A DNA stretch of 64,000 nt, from positions 60,948,001 through 61,012,000 of the forward strand of contig NC_058368.1 in the NCBI RefSeq assembly GCF_018350175.1, read 5' to 3'. The first letter of the stretch is position 1. The number at the start of each line of letters is the position of its first letter. This document shows positions 50,543-64,000 of this stretch, in pieces. This DNA comes from Felis catus (taxonomy: Eukaryota). The position numbers were made by a program, and so were the translations under genes. Below the pieces are notes generated by a model, which was not told the DNA's origin, did not search any database, and was given only the letters and a program-made list of their open reading frames with translations.

Positions 50543-53500
50543 ATTTTTTAATTGGATTTTTTGTTGAGGTTTTTTAATTATTTATATGTTTTGGATACCA
50601 ACTCATCTGATATATCTTTTGCATGTATCTTCTCCCATGAACAGGTTGCCTGTTCATTTTATTGATTTCCTTTGCTGTGCAAAGCCTTTTAGTTTTGTGC
50701 AGTCCCATTTGTTTATTTTTGTTTTTATTGCCCTTACCTGAGGAGACATAGCCAAAAGAATAAAAATAACTGCTGAGAATAATGTAAAAGTGCTTATCGC
50801 TTGTGTTTAATTCTTTTGCATGTATCTGTCCAGTTATTTTAGCATCATTTATTGAAGAGATGGTCTTTCCCCCATTTTGTTTTTGCTTCCTTTATTTAGC
50901 TGAATTGCTCATATAAACATGGGTTTATTTTTGAGCTATTCTGTTCCATTGATAGATGTGTTCGTTTTTTGCCAGTACCATACTGTTTTGATTACTATAG
51001 TTTTGTATGGTAGTTTGAAATCAGAGTGTGCTGCCTTCAACTTAGTGCTTTTGTTTATTTTTTCATTTTTTTTTTTATTTATTTGGCTGTTTGGGTTCTT
51101 TCATGGTTCAACACGAATTTTACTATTTCTCTAGTTGTGTGAAAAATGCCATTGATATATTGATAGGGATTTTATTGAATTTGTAGATTGCTTTGTTAGA
51201 GTGAACATTTGAACAGTATTTTTCCAGTCAATTACATGGTATATCTTTCCATTTATTTGTGCCCTCCTCAGTTTCTTTCAGTAATGTCTTATACTTTTCA
51301 GAGTACAGTTCTGTTGCTTCATTGTATAAATTTTTCCTAGGTATTTTATTCTTATGCAACTATAAATGGGATTGTTTTCTTGGTTTCTCTTTCTGATAGT
51401 TATTAGTGTATAGTAATACAATAGATTTGTGTGTATTATATTGTATCCTGCACCTTTACTGAATTCTCAGTTATTTACTGGAGACTTTAGGGTTTTTATA
51501 TATAGTTTAATGTCATCCCCAAATATCAACAGTTTTACTTTCCAATTTGGATGCTTTTTTTTTTCTTAATTGCTGTTGCTAGACTTCCAATACTAATTTG
51601 AATAAACTTAGGGATTGTAGGCATCCTTGTCTTGCTTCTGATATTACATAAAGCTATCAACTTTTCACCATTGATACGTTGTTAGCTCTATAATTGTCAT
51701 ATATGGCCTTTATTATGTGGAGATACATTTCCTCTATACCCACTTTGTTGAGATATTATAAGTGATTATTGAAATTTGTCAAACATTTTTTCTTCATCTA
51801 TTGAGATGACCGTATGATTTTTATCCTTCATTTTGTTAATGTGATATATCAAGCTAATTAATTCACAAATAGTAAACCATGCTACCATCTCTGAAATGAA
51901 TCCCAGTTGGTCATGGTGTATGATCCTGTGTTGTTGGAATTGGACTGCTAATATTTTGTTGAGGAATTTTGCATCTATGTTCATTAGAGGTATTGGCTTG
52001 TAATTTTTTTTTAGTAGTATCTGTCTGTTTTTGGTGTCAGGGTAATGCTGGACTCATAAAAGGAATTTTGAAGTGTTCTTTCCTCTTCAATTTTTTTTGT
52101 GACAGTTTGAGGTTACATATTCACTCTTATTTGCATGGTTGGTAGGATTCACCTGTGAAGCTTTCTGGATCTGGACTTCTGTTTGTTGGGAGAGTTTTGA
52201 TTATTTCGATTACCTTACTAGGAATCGGTCTGTTTAAATTTTCTATTTCTTCATGATTTAGTCATGGAAGATTGTAAGTTTTTTAGTACTTTATCCATTT
52301 CTTTCTATTTTTTGGTATGTAATTGTAGGTTCTCTTACAGTTCTTTGTACTTCTATGGCATCAGTATTTCTGTGCTTTCATTTCCGATTTTATTTTAGCT
52401 TTTTTTTTTTAATGAGTCTGACTAAAGGTTGATTTTATCTCAGTTTCATTAAGCTTATTTATTTAATCTTTATTTCCTCTCTGATCTTTATTATTTCCTT
52501 CTAACTTTGCCGTCTTTCTAGTTTCTTCTGGTGTAAATTTATTTAGATGGTTTGAAATTTTTGTTTCTTGAGATAGATCTGTATCACTATGAACCTCCCT
52601 TTTAGAACTGCTTTTGCTACATCCCAAAGGTTGTGGAACATTGTTTCCATTTTCATTTGTCTGAAGGGTAGTTTTTATTTTCTCTTTGATGTTTTAGATC
52701 ACCCATTAGGTGTTTAATAGCATGCTGTTTAGCCTCCACATGTTTGTGTTTTTTCCAGTTTTCTTTTATTTCTTGTAACTGATTTTTAGTTTCATATTGT
52801 TATGTTTGCAAAAGATGCTTGGTATGATTTCAGGCTTCTTCAATTTATTGACACTTGTTTTGTGGCCAAACAATCCTGGGGAGTGTTCCAGATGCACTTG
52901 AAAAGAACATTCATTCTGCTATTTTGGGGTGGAATGCTCTGTGTATATCTATTAAGTACATCTAGTCTAATGTGTGGTTTAAGGCTAATATTTTACTATT
53001 GGCTTTTTGTCAGGGTGATCTATCCATTGATGTAAGTAGAGTATTAAAGACCCTTACTATTCTTGTGCTTTCTGCTTCTCCCGTTATTTTTGTTACTATT
53101 TGTTTTATATATTAAGGTACTCCTATGTTGGATGCATAGATATTTATAATGTTCCTCATGTTGAATTATGCCCTTTCATTATGTAATTGTCTTTCATTAC
53201 AGTCTTTGTTTTAAATTGTATTTTGTCTGATACAAGTATTTGCTACCCCAGCTTTCTTTAATTTTTTTTTAAATTTTTAAATTTTTAATTTTTTTTCTGT
53301 TATAGTATATTTTTACATCCCTTCACCTTCAGTCTGTGAGTATATTTAGGCTTGAAGTGAGTCTGTTGTAGGCAGCATATAGTAAGATCCTGGTGTTTTG
53401 TTTTTTGTTTAAATCTATTTAGCTGCTCTGTCTTTTGACTGAAGAATCTAGTCCATTTATGTTTAAAGTGATAGGTAAGTACTTATTGTCATTTGTTAAA

Positions 53501-55526
53501 TACTTTCTGGCTGTTTTTGTTAGATTGTCTATTCCTTTCTTTCTCTTTTATTTATTTCTTTATAGATTCCTTTCTTTTGTGCATTTGTTTTAAGTTTTTT
53601 CTTTCTAGTTATTATAATACCTGGTCCATATAACAGCCTATGTGTATAATACTCATTTTTAACTTGAGAGTAACTTAATTTTGGACATATTCCAAAGCCT
53701 TATATTTCTACCTTCCCTCCTCCCACATGTTATATTTTTGATGATGCATTTTACATCTTTTTAATTTAGAATTTCTTAGCTAATTACTGTATTTTTAATT
53801 TCACTTCTTTTGTTCTTTACCCTTCATACTAAGAAGTGGTTCATCCACTACCTTTATTATTTGTTTACCTTTTCTGGTGAGGTTTTTTCTGTCACATTTT
53901 CTTATTGATTAGTACCTAGTGTTTTTAGCTTAGGGAAATCCTTTTAACATTTCTTGGAAGGCCAGTTTAGTGGTGATGAAGTCTTTTAGCTTTTGCTTAC
54001 CTGGAAATCTCTCCTTCAGTTCTGAATGATAACCTTGCTTGGTAAAGAATTCTTTCTTGGCAGTTTTCTCCTTTCAGCATTTTAAATATGTCTTGTCATT
54101 CCCTTCTGGCTTGTAAATTTTCTGACTGGAAAATTTATTGATTTATGGGGTTTTCCTTTTACATATTATCTTGCTTTTCTCTTACTGCTTATAAAATTCT
54201 CTTTTTATCCTTCTATTTTAATTATAAGGTGTGTCTGTGTGTTTCTCTTTGTGTTTCATCTTTTTTGGAATGCTCTCTGTTTCCTGGACCTGGTTGTCTG
54301 TTTCCTTTCCCAAATAAGGGGAAGTGTTCAGCCCTTATTTCTTTAAATAAATGTTCTGTCCTTTTCTCCTTTTGAATGTTACTTCACTCAATCTTGTCTC
54401 AGGGCTTCCTTCAGGTATCCTTATTTTTTTCTTTTTTCTTTTTCTTTTTTCTGTCTAGGTGTTTTCTCTTGCTTTGTATTCTAGCTGATTTATGCTTCTA
54501 TTTCATTGATTCTGCTCTTTTAGTCCCTGTAATGCGTTTTTCACTTCAGTTGTAACTTCTGTTTGGTACTTTTATATTTTGGTATCACTTCGTTGAATTC
54601 TTTACCTAGTAGGCTGCTTATCTCTGTTTTACTCAGGTCCTCTTTGGGAGGATTTACCTTATTCTTTGGTTTGGAGCATATTGTTTTTTTATTTGCCTGT
54701 CTCTGTATATCTGTGTTTATTAGGTAAGTCCTGCCTTTCTCAGTCTTGAAGTAGGTCTTGAATAGAAGCTGTTCTGTGTGACCCAGAAGTGCCATCTCTC
54801 CCAGCCACCAGAGCTAGGTACTCTATGGGAATTCCATACGTTAGAGCTGAGGCTGTTGCATGCCAAAGGCTGGGCTTGGGGTACTTGCTTGCCTAGTGTG
54901 TTTGAGGCTCAATCTCTTTGCATTGTAGTCAGGGCTTGGAGCACTTGGCTGCTGTGTAGAGAGGGTGGAGCTAAGGGCACTTGCCCATCATGGCTCTGAG
55001 TTGGACATAGGGCATTAACCCAGGCTGGTTAGGGCATTGTGTGTTCTGAGCATGAGCTAGTAGGCTAGAGGAAGGACACAGGAAAAATGGTGCCATGAAC
55101 TTCATCACCAGCAAGTTAGGATGAAATTGAAAAAAATGGCCTCTGCCAGTGTTTCTGTCCCAATTAAAGTCCCTGCAGATAACTACCTCTTAAGCAGCTG
55201 CTTTAAGTGGGTCTCCCTCACTTATGGTTCAGGCATTTTTCATTGTCACTTTTGGGCTGGGTCTTAGGGCTAGTGGATTTTTATGTCAGTCTTTGAAAAA
55301 CACAAACTGTTAATACCTATAGTTCTAGAATTCTCCTAGGTTTTTTTTGTAATCATTATTGATTTTCAAAACCAGATACTTTGAGGGCTTGTCTTTTTCA
55401 TGTTGATAGCATGGGAAAGGTTTGTTCTGTTTTGGGGATCCCTCCTCATTGTGGGTCACTGATCCTGGAATAGAATCCTCTGTGAGACCATGTCTTTGCC
55501 TCTTCTACCCTTTTCAGTGTGTCTCT

Positions 55527-55627
55527 TTTATCTTTTATTCTTAAGGATCTCTGCACCATGGGGCACAAATTACAACCCCAAAATCAAGACTCACCTATTC
55601 CACCACCTGAACCAGCCAGGTGCTCCC
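55527..55627 (-). mobile_element. Short old Can-SINE within the L1 5'UTR
   Basis: TTAAGGATCTCTGCACC..AAATCAAGACTC..CTGAACCAGCCAGGTGCTCC. Confidence 0.7.
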
Positions 55628-56829
55628 TTTTGTGTTTTGTTATGGAGCTCCTGTTCTTCCAGTTATTAGGTCCTTCTCAGAAGAAAATTACTCTGTATGT
55701 AACTTTAACTTTGCTGTGTTTGTGGGAGGAGGTGAGTTCAGGGTCTTTGTACGCCATCATCCTAAATCCCCTCTAATAAGGGATCATTTTTACCATTTGC
55801 ACACATGCCTTAAAGGACCTTCAATAACATTCTATTTCCATCATAACAACTGAAATGTACACATTTATTGAGAAGAGGTTAAAATTAGTAAGAAAATTGT
55901 AACGTAAATTGTCATACATCAGAAAATATTCATCATTGGAAGTGTAGATTATAGTGTTAGACTTTACCAATGCCAAGAAGCAACACAATTGTTCCTAGAA
56001 CAAGGACATGTTAATCTTTTTAAAATTTTTTTTCTTCATAATCTTCTTCCCTCTGTTCCATGTTTATTTACTTCAGAATAGTTTATTACGTGAAATGCTC
56101 AGTTTAGGAAATTTAAAATTTTCGAGTGCAGGAAAATAAGAAAATAAATTTGTTGAAACATAGGCATCTTCAATAATTTAGGACCAAAAGGAAAGTTTCT
56201 AGATGAGATGTTGCAGTTGGTTCCAACAATCTACCAGATTTCATTTCCCACCTAAACTTCTTTTACTTTCAAAAGCATTGTGTTATACATCTATTCCCTT
56301 CATTAAATTTTTCTTTTCCTCAACTTTAGCTCAATTAAAAAATAATAGAAAAATAAATTTTTAAAAACTTTATATAGAGAAACTATCAGGAATAGGAAAT
56401 AATATTGAAATACATCTTTTTCAAGGAGAGCAAAAGGGAAACACACAAAATTAAATTATTTGTTAGTGTTGTTCTTCCACACACAGATCTGTCTTCCCCT
56501 GTACTGTGTGAATTCTCAGTACTTTACATTATCCAGCTCTAGATCTTTGAAGTCATTATGTAGAAGCAGAATAAGTACAAAGCTGATGTATGATGATCAC
56601 ATTGCATGAACAAGGGGCAAAATTGTTAATTCAATGAGATACTGGAGTTGCTTTTTCTGCGTCATTCATTATGCAGCCAATTTATTCATGTAATACTGTT
56701 ATCTACCCTGCTGTCTACATCCCCCAGAAACTGTGTGAGTAGGTATGTCTCTATGATCAGATACATATATTAAAGTCTAAGATATCCCCAAGATTTTCCA
56801 ACCTCTTATGTGCACTCTGCATAATTTGG

Positions 56830-57355
56830 GAGGCTATGAAATTAATGAGCTGTTCCAGCAGTTGTTACATGGCATAGTTGATTTTAGCAAAATTGTCTGG
56901 GTGACCTCATCAAATGATAGGTTTAAAAAAATGTTTTCTCTGGGTGGTCAGAAAAATATAAGGTCAGAGAAATTCAGGTATAAGAAACGTTTTATACTGT
57001 TTGAGTTTGGAGATGCATTGGGACATATGGCAAGGGAATGTTAGCCTCTAAGAGCTGAGAGTGGTCCTAGCTGTCAGCCAGCAAGAAACAGGGATGTTAG
57101 GCTTACACTCCTCTTACTGAGTCCTGCCGACAATAAGAATAAAGTTTTTTTTGTTGTTTATTTTTCCCCCTAGAATCTGGAGCTGAGAAGTAATTTGGTC
57201 AAGTTCATTATTTTTAACTTTGATACCTTCATCACAGAACCAAGTTAACTCTCTGTTGGACTTCTGACATGCAGATTTTGAGATATAAATTTGTATTGCT
57301 TTAAGGCAATAAATTTGTGGTAATTTGTTAAACAGCAATATAAAATTAATATATA
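56830..57355 (+). mobile_element. MaLR LTR (MLT1E/F-like)
   Basis: GCCTCTAAGAGCTGAGAG, CAGCCAGCAAGAAACAGGGA, GGACTTCTGAC, AAATTTGTGGTAATTTGTTAAACAGCAATA. Confidence 0.75.
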
Positions 57356-57429
57356 CTCAGCATATATATAGGTATGATAAATGGACATCTTTTACTAATC
57401 ATTAGATTGTATCTATATTTTAATGACTC

Positions 57430-58150
57430 TGTTGAATAATTATAAAATCTGTACACATATAAAATATATAATTTGATGAGTTTTGACATGTATACACAGC
57501 CATTAAATCACCAACATAAGATTCAAAACACTTTCATCATCCACAAATTCCTATAACCACTGATCTATTTTCTATCAGGATAGATTACTTTGCATGTAAA
57601 CTATAAGTGTGTGTGTGTGTGTGTGTACACATGGTATCATACATGTTCCCTACTTGGTCTGGCTTTTTTTTAATTCAGCATAAATATTTTGAGGTTGATC
57701 CATACTGAGTATATCAATATTTTATTCAATTATCTATGGATAGATATTAAAAAAAAATTAATGTTTATTTTTGAGAGAGAGAATGCGGATGGGGGAGGAG
57801 CAGGGAGAGAGGGAGACACAGACTCTGAAACAGGCTCCAAGCTATCAGCACAGAGCCCAACATGGGGCTTGAGCCCACATACTGTGAGATCATGACCTGA
57901 GCTGAAGTCCAGCACTTAAGCAGCTGAGCCACCCAGGTGCCCCTATGGATAAATATTCTTATTTTAAACTTTGGTGTTTTTTTGTTTTGTTTTGTTTTTT
58001 GATAAAGCTGTCATGAACATTTGGTGTGAATGTCTTTGTGTATTTCAAATTTTTTGGTAAATACTTAGGAGTTGAATATCTGGAATAAATGGCAGGTATA
58101 TGTGAAACTTTCTAATAGACTGTTAAGTTTTCCCAATGTTAATATTGTAT
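57430..58150 (-). mobile_element. Ancient L1M 3' fragment containing a (TG) run and a SINE
   Basis: TGATGAGTTTTGACA, AACCACTGATCTATTTTCT, GTCTGGCTTTTTTTAATTCAGCATAA, GGTAAATACTTAGGAGT. Confidence 0.72.
57749..57943 (-). mobile_element. Can-SINE
   Basis: TSD TATGGATA(G/A)ATATT on both flanks; CTGAGCCACCCAGGTGCCC head. Confidence 0.94.
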
Positions 58151-60106
58151 GGCCATAATTTTTGTTGAATATAATTTATTGTCAAATTGGCTTCCATACA
58201 ACACCCAGTGCTCATCTCAACAAGTACCCTCCCCAATGCCCATCAACCCTCAGATTGTTCTCTGTATTTAAGAGTCTCTTATGGTTTGCCTCCATCCCTC
58301 TCTGTAACTTTTTTTTCCCCTTCTCCTCCCCCATGGTCTTCTAAGTTTCTCAAGTTCTACATATGAGTGAACATATATGGTATCTGTCTTTCTCTGACTG
58401 GCTTATCTCACTTTGCATAATACCCTCCAGTTCTATCCACATTGCTACAAATGGCATGATTTCATTCTTTCTCATTGTAAACTAGTATTCCATTATATAT
58501 ATAAACCACATCTTCTTTATCCATTCATCAGTTGATGAGCATTTATGCTCTTTCCATAACTTGGCTATTGTTGAAAGTGCTGCTATAAACATTGGGGTAC
58601 ATGTGCCCCTATGTATCAGCACTCCTGTATCCCTTGGGTAAATTCCTAGCACTGCTGTTGCTGGGTCCTAGGGTAGATCTATTTTTAATTTTCTGAGGAA
58701 CCTCCACACTGTTTTCCAGAGCGGCTACACCACTTTGCATTCCCACCAACAGTGCAAGAGTGTTCCAGTTTCTCCACATCCTCTCCAGCATGTATAGTCT
58801 CCTGAATTGTTCATTTTAGTCACTCTGACCAGCATAAGGTGGTATCTCCTTGTGTTTTGATTTGTATTTCCCTGATGATAAGTGATGTTGAGCATCGTTT
58901 CATGTGTCTGTTGGCCATCTGGATGTCTTCTTTGGAAGAGTGTCTATTCATGTCTTCTGCCCATTTCTTCACTGGATTATTTATTTTTCAGGTGTGAGTT
59001 TGGTGAGTTCTTTATAGATTTTGGATACTAATCCTTTATCTAGTATGTCATTTACAAATATCTCCTCCAGTTCTGTCAGTTGCCTTTTAGTTTTGTTGTT
59101 TCCTTTGCAGTGCAGAAGCTTTTTACCTTGATGACGTCCCAATAGTTCATTTTTGCTTTTAATTCCCTTGCCTTTGGAGATGTGTCAAGTAAGAAATTGC
59201 TGTGGCTGAGGTCAGAGAGGTTGTTGCCTGCTTTCTCCTCCAGGGTTTTGATGGTTTCCTGTCTCACATTCAAGTCTTTCATCCATTTTGAGTTTATTTT
59301 TGTGTATGATGTAAGAAAGTGGTGTAGTTTCATTCTTCTACATGTTGCTGTCCAGTTCTCCCAGCACCATTTACTGAAGAGACTGTCTTTTCTATTGGGT
59401 AGTCTGTCCTGCTTTGTCAAAGATTAGTCGGCCATACGTTTGTGGGTCAGTTCTGGGTTCTCTGTTCTATTCCATTGGTCTATGTGTCTGTTTTTGTGCC
59501 AATACCATGCTGTCTTGATGATTACAGCTTTGTAGTAGAGGCTAAAGTCTGGGATTGTGATGCCTCCCACTTTGGTTTTCTTTTTCAATATTACTTTGGC
59601 TATTCGGTGTCTTTTGTGGTTCCATACAAGTTTTAGGATTGTTTGTTCTAGCTTTGAGAAGAATGCTGGTGCAATTTTGATTGGGATTGCATTGAACGTG
59701 TAGATTGCTTTGGTAGTATTGACATCATAACACTATTTATTCTTCTGATCCATGATCATGGAATGTTTTTCCATTCTTTTTGTCTTCTTCAATTTCCTTC
59801 ATAAGTTTTCTATAGTTTTCAGCATACAGATCTTTTACATCTTTGGGTTTATTCCTACGTATTTTATGGTTCTTGGTGCAAGTGTAAGTGGGATCAGTTT
59901 CTTGATTTCTCTTTCTGTTATTTTGTTATTGGTGTATAAAAATGCAACTGATTCCCGTACATTGATTGTGTACTCTACAGCTTTGCTGAATTCACCTATC
60001 AGTTATAACAGACTTTTGGTGGAGTCTGTTGGGTTTTCTATGCAGAGTATCATGTTGTCCACAAAAAGTGAAAGTTTGACTTCTTTGACAATTTTGATGC
60101 CTTTTA

Positions 60107-60208
<102 letters not shown>

Positions 60209-61410
60209 TCAGTTTTTCCCCACTGAGGATGATATTAGCTTTGGGCTTTTCATGTATGACTTTTTTTTATATTTGGGTGTGTTCCTTCTTTCCCAACTTT
60301 GAGGGTTTTTATTAAGAAAGGATGCTGAATTTTTTCAAGTGCATTTTCTGCATCTATTGACAGGATCATATGGTTCTTATGATTTCTTTTATTAATGTGA
60401 TGTATCACATTGATTTTGAGAATATTGAACCAGCCCTGTAGCTCAGGAATGAATCCCACTTGATCATGGTGAATAATTCTTTTTATATGCTGTTAAATTC
60501 GATTTGCTAGTATCTCCTTGTTGAGAATTTGTGCATCTGTGTTAATCAGGGATATTGGTCTGTAGTTCTCTTTTTTTTGGGGGGGGTCTCTGTCTGGTTT
60601 GGGAATCAAGGTAATGCTGGCTTCATAGAATGAGTCTGGAAGTTTTCATTCCATTTATGTATTTTGGAACAGCTTGAGAAGGATAGGTATTAACTCTGCT
60701 TTAAATGTCTGGTGGAATTCCTCTGGGAAGTCATCTGGTCCAGGATTCTTATTTGTTGGGAGATTTTTGTTAACTGATTCAACTTATTCACTAGTTATAG
60801 GTCTGGTCAAATTTTCTATTATAATTTCTCATAGTATTCCCTGATAATTGTATTTCTGAGGGATTGGTTGTAATCCATTTTCATTTGTGATTTTATCTAT
60901 TTTGGTTCTCTCCCTTTTGTTTCTGAGAAGCCTGACTAGAGGTTCATCAATATTGTATATTTTTTCAAAAAACCAACTCTTAGTTTCATTGATCTGTTCT
61001 ACTGGGGTTTTTTTTGTTGTTGTTGTTTTTGGATTCAATATTGTTTATTTCTGGTCTGATCTTTACTATTTCTCTTCTTCTGGTGGGCTTGGGTGTCTTT
61101 GCTGTTCTGACTCTATTTCCTTTAGGTGTGCTGTTAGACTTTATATTTGGGATTTTTCTTGTTTTGAGATAGGCCTGGATTGCAATGTATTTTCCTGGCA
61201 GGACTGCCTTTGCTGCATCCCAAAGGGTTTGGATGTTGTGTTTTCATTTTCGTTTGTTTCCATATATTTTTTTAATTCTCTAATTGCCTGGTTGACCCAT
61301 TCATTCTTTAGTAGGATGTTCTTTAACCTCCATGGTTTTGGAGGTTTTCCAGACTTTTTCCTGTGGTTGATTTCAAGTTTCACAGCATTGTAATTTGAAA
61401 GTGTGCATGG

Positions 61411-62108
61411 CGCCAGTCAGAGTGGCCAAAATGAACAGATCAGGAGACTACAGATGCTGGTGAGGATGTGGAGAAATGGGAACCCTCTTGCACTGTTGGT
61501 GGGAATTGGTGCAGCCACTCTGGAAAGCAGTGTGGAGGTTCCTCAGAAAATTAAAAATAGACCTACCCTATGACCCAGCAATAGCACTGCTAGGAATTTA
61601 CCCAAGGGATACAGGAGTACTGATGCATAGGGGCACTTGTACCCCAATGTTTATAGCAGCACTCTCAACAATAGCCAAATTGTGGAAAGAGCCTAAATGT
61701 CCATCAACTGATGAATGGATAAATTGTGGTTTATATACACAATGGACTACTACATGGCAATGCGAGAGAACGAAATATGGCCCTTTGTAGCAACGTGGAT
61801 GGAACTGGAGAGTGTGATGCTAAATGAAATAAGCCATACAGAGAAAGACAGATACCATATGGTTTCACTCTTATGTGGACCCTGAGAAACTTAACAGAAA
61901 CCCATGGAGGAGAGGAAGAAAAAAAAAGAGGTTAGAGTGGGAGAGAGCCAAAGCATAAGAGACTGTTAAAAACTGAGAACAAACTGAGGGTTGATGGGGG
62001 GTGGGAGGGAGGGGAGGGTGGGTGATGGGTATTGAGGAGGGCACCTTTTGGGATGAGCACTGGGTGTTGTATGGAAACCAATTTGACAATAAACTTCATA
62101 TATTGAAA
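61411..62108 (+). mobile_element. Young 5'-truncated L1 (about 700 bp) inserted antisense into the host L1
   Basis: ORF2 C-terminus ([38 protein letters not shown]), 3'UTR G tract, AATAAA at 62088, short A tail; TSD AAA(G/A)TGTGCATGG at 61398-61410 and 62109-62121. Confidence 0.95.
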
Positions 62109-62689
62109 AAAATGTGCATGGTATGATCTCAATTCTTTTATATTTATTGGGGGCTGTTTTATGACCCAGTATGTGATCTATCTTGGAGAATGTTTCCTGT
62201 GCCCTTGAGAAGAAAGTATACTCTGCTGCTTTAGGATGTAGAGTTCTAAATATATTTGTCAAGTCCATCTGGTCCAGTGTATCATTCAGGGCTGTTGTTT
62301 CTTTACTGATTTTCTGTCTAGATGATCTCTCCATTGTTGTAAATAGAGTATGAAAGTCCCCTGCAATTACCACATTCTTACCAATAAGATTGTTTATGTT
62401 TGTGATTAGTTTTTTTTATATATTTGGGTGCTTCTGAATTCAGTGGATAGACATTTATAATTGTTAGCTCTTCCTGATGGATAGACCCTGTAATTATTAT
62501 ATAATGCCCTTCTTCATCTCTTGTTACAGCCTTTAATTTAAAGTCTAGTTTGTCTGATATAAGCATGGCTACTCCAACTTTCCTTTGATTTCTAGTAGCA
62601 TGATAGATACTCCTACATCCCCTCAGTTTCAATCTAAAGGTGTTCTCAGGTCTAAAATGGGTCTCTTGTAGACAGCAAATAGGTAGGTC

Positions 62690-62700
62690 TTGTTGTTGTT

Positions 62701-62737
<37 letters not shown>
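62690..62737. repeat. (TTG)4 plus T36 tract inside L1 ORF2
   Basis: Read directly; the equivalent site in the first L1 is TTG plus T7 (about 3409-3418). Confidence 0.92.
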
Positions 62738-62739
<2 letters not shown>

Positions 62740-62889
62740 CCATTCTGATACCCTATGTCTTTTGGAGCATTTAGTCCATTTATAGTCACTGTTATTATTG
62801 AAAGATATGGGTTTAGTGTCATTGTGTTATCTGTAGGTTTCATAGTTCTAGTGATGTCTCTGGTACTTTGTGGTCCTTGCATCATTTCA

Positions 62890-63767
62890 CTCAGAGTCCC
62901 CCTAAGAATCTCTTGTAGGACTGGTTTAGTGGTGATGAATTCCTTCAGTTTTAGTTTGCTTGGGAAAACCTTTCTCTTTCCTCCTATTCTGAATGACAGG
63001 CTTGCTGGATAAAGAATTCTTGGCTGAATATTTTACTTGTTCATCACATTGAAGATTTTCTGCCATTCCTTTCTGGACTGCTAAGTTTCAGTAGATAGGT
63101 CTGCTACTACACTTAATGTGTCTACCTTTGTATGTTAAGGCCGTTTATCTGTAGCTGCTTTCAGAATTCTCTTTATCCTTGTATTTTGCCAGTTTTGCTA
63201 TGATATGTCATTCAGATGATCGATTCTAGTTATGTCTGAATGGATGTCTCTGTGCCTCTTGGATTTCAGTGTCTATTTCCTTTGCCAGATCGGGGAAGTT
63301 CTCAGCTATGATTTGCTCAAGTACACCTTCAGCCCCTTTCTCTCTCTCCTCTTCTTCTAGAATTCCTAAGACACAGATATTGTTCCATTTGATTGTATCA
63401 TTTCTCTAATTCTCCCCTCATGATCTTGGATTTTTCTTATCTCTTAGCTTCCTCTTTTTCCATAATTTTATCTTCTAATTCACCTATTCTCCCTTCTGCC
63501 TCTTCAGTCCATGCTGTGGCTGCCTCCATTTTATCTTGCACCTTATTTATAGCATTTTTAAATTCATCATGACTATTTTAGTTTCTTCATCTCTGCAGCA
63601 ATAGATTCTCTGCTTTCTTCTATGCTTTTTTCAAGCCCAGTGATTAATCTTATAACTATTATTCTAAATTCTTGTTCAGTTATATTGCTTATATCTGTTT
63701 TGATCAATTCTTTAGCTATCACTTCTTCCTGAAATTTCTTTTGAGGAGAATTGTTCTGTTTTGTCAT
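62890..63767 (-). pseudogene. L1 ORF1, disrupted
   Basis: MTKQNNSPQKKFQEE start at 63767; premature stop at 63573; TKPVLQEILRGTL near 62890. Confidence 0.9.
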
Positions 63768-64000
63768 TTTGGCTAGTTTTCTGTACCTTATGCATTTTAA
63801 AAGCTTGTTGTGTGCTCTGCACCTGTGAGCACTGCTATATTAAAAGGGAGTCATACACAGTCAGGGCCTGGCCCTTCAGGAGGTGTTTTTTGGAGAGTGT
63901 TACTTGATCTCTGTTATTGTGACTTTGGTTACTTTATTTCCCTACTTGTAGTGATGGTTTGGACCCTCCACCAGATGTGCCTTGATTTGTTCCTTGAAGT

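Larger units (their letters stand above)
49335..55774 (-). mobile_element. Older, near full-length L1 (carnivore/L1MA-like), degenerate
   Basis: 3' end TATTAGTTTCAGGTATACAACATAGTGATT; ORF2 remnants ([33 protein letters not shown]); probable ORF2 ATG at about 53492; ORF1 remnant EISSLLGKEF; 5' tip reads (reverse) GATGGCGTACAAAGACCCTGAACTCACCTCCTCCCAC. Confidence 0.9.

Overview
Mammalian, carnivore and almost certainly felid (cat-like) genomic DNA: AT-rich, repeat-dense, intergenic or deep-intronic. I find no supportable host protein-coding gene, RNA gene, CRISPR array or operon. The recognisable ORFs are broken LINE-1 frames, antisense shadows of them, or SINE/microsatellite artefacts. Contents: two felid-type L1s on the minus strand at the window edges (1-5299 and 58159-64000, both with dead RT motifs and with unrelated 5'UTRs); an older near full-length L1 (about 49335-55774); about 21 tRNA-derived carnivore SINEs, many with readable target-site duplications (TSDs); a decayed ERVL-class provirus (about 20645-25080); MaLR/MLT LTRs; hAT-Charlie, MER63 and Tigger DNA-transposon fossils; L2/MIR relics; and microsatellites. 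I did not find a new biological system. The best observations are mutational footprints: a perfect 212-bp inverted SINE pair 86 bp apart, an 88-bp L1 insertion with a 21-bp inversion over its poly(A) signal, a SINE dimer inside one TSD, a 108-bp local copy inside an old L1, and microhomology deletions. Subfamily names come from remembered consensus sequences, not from a search, and boundaries of old repeats are approximate.
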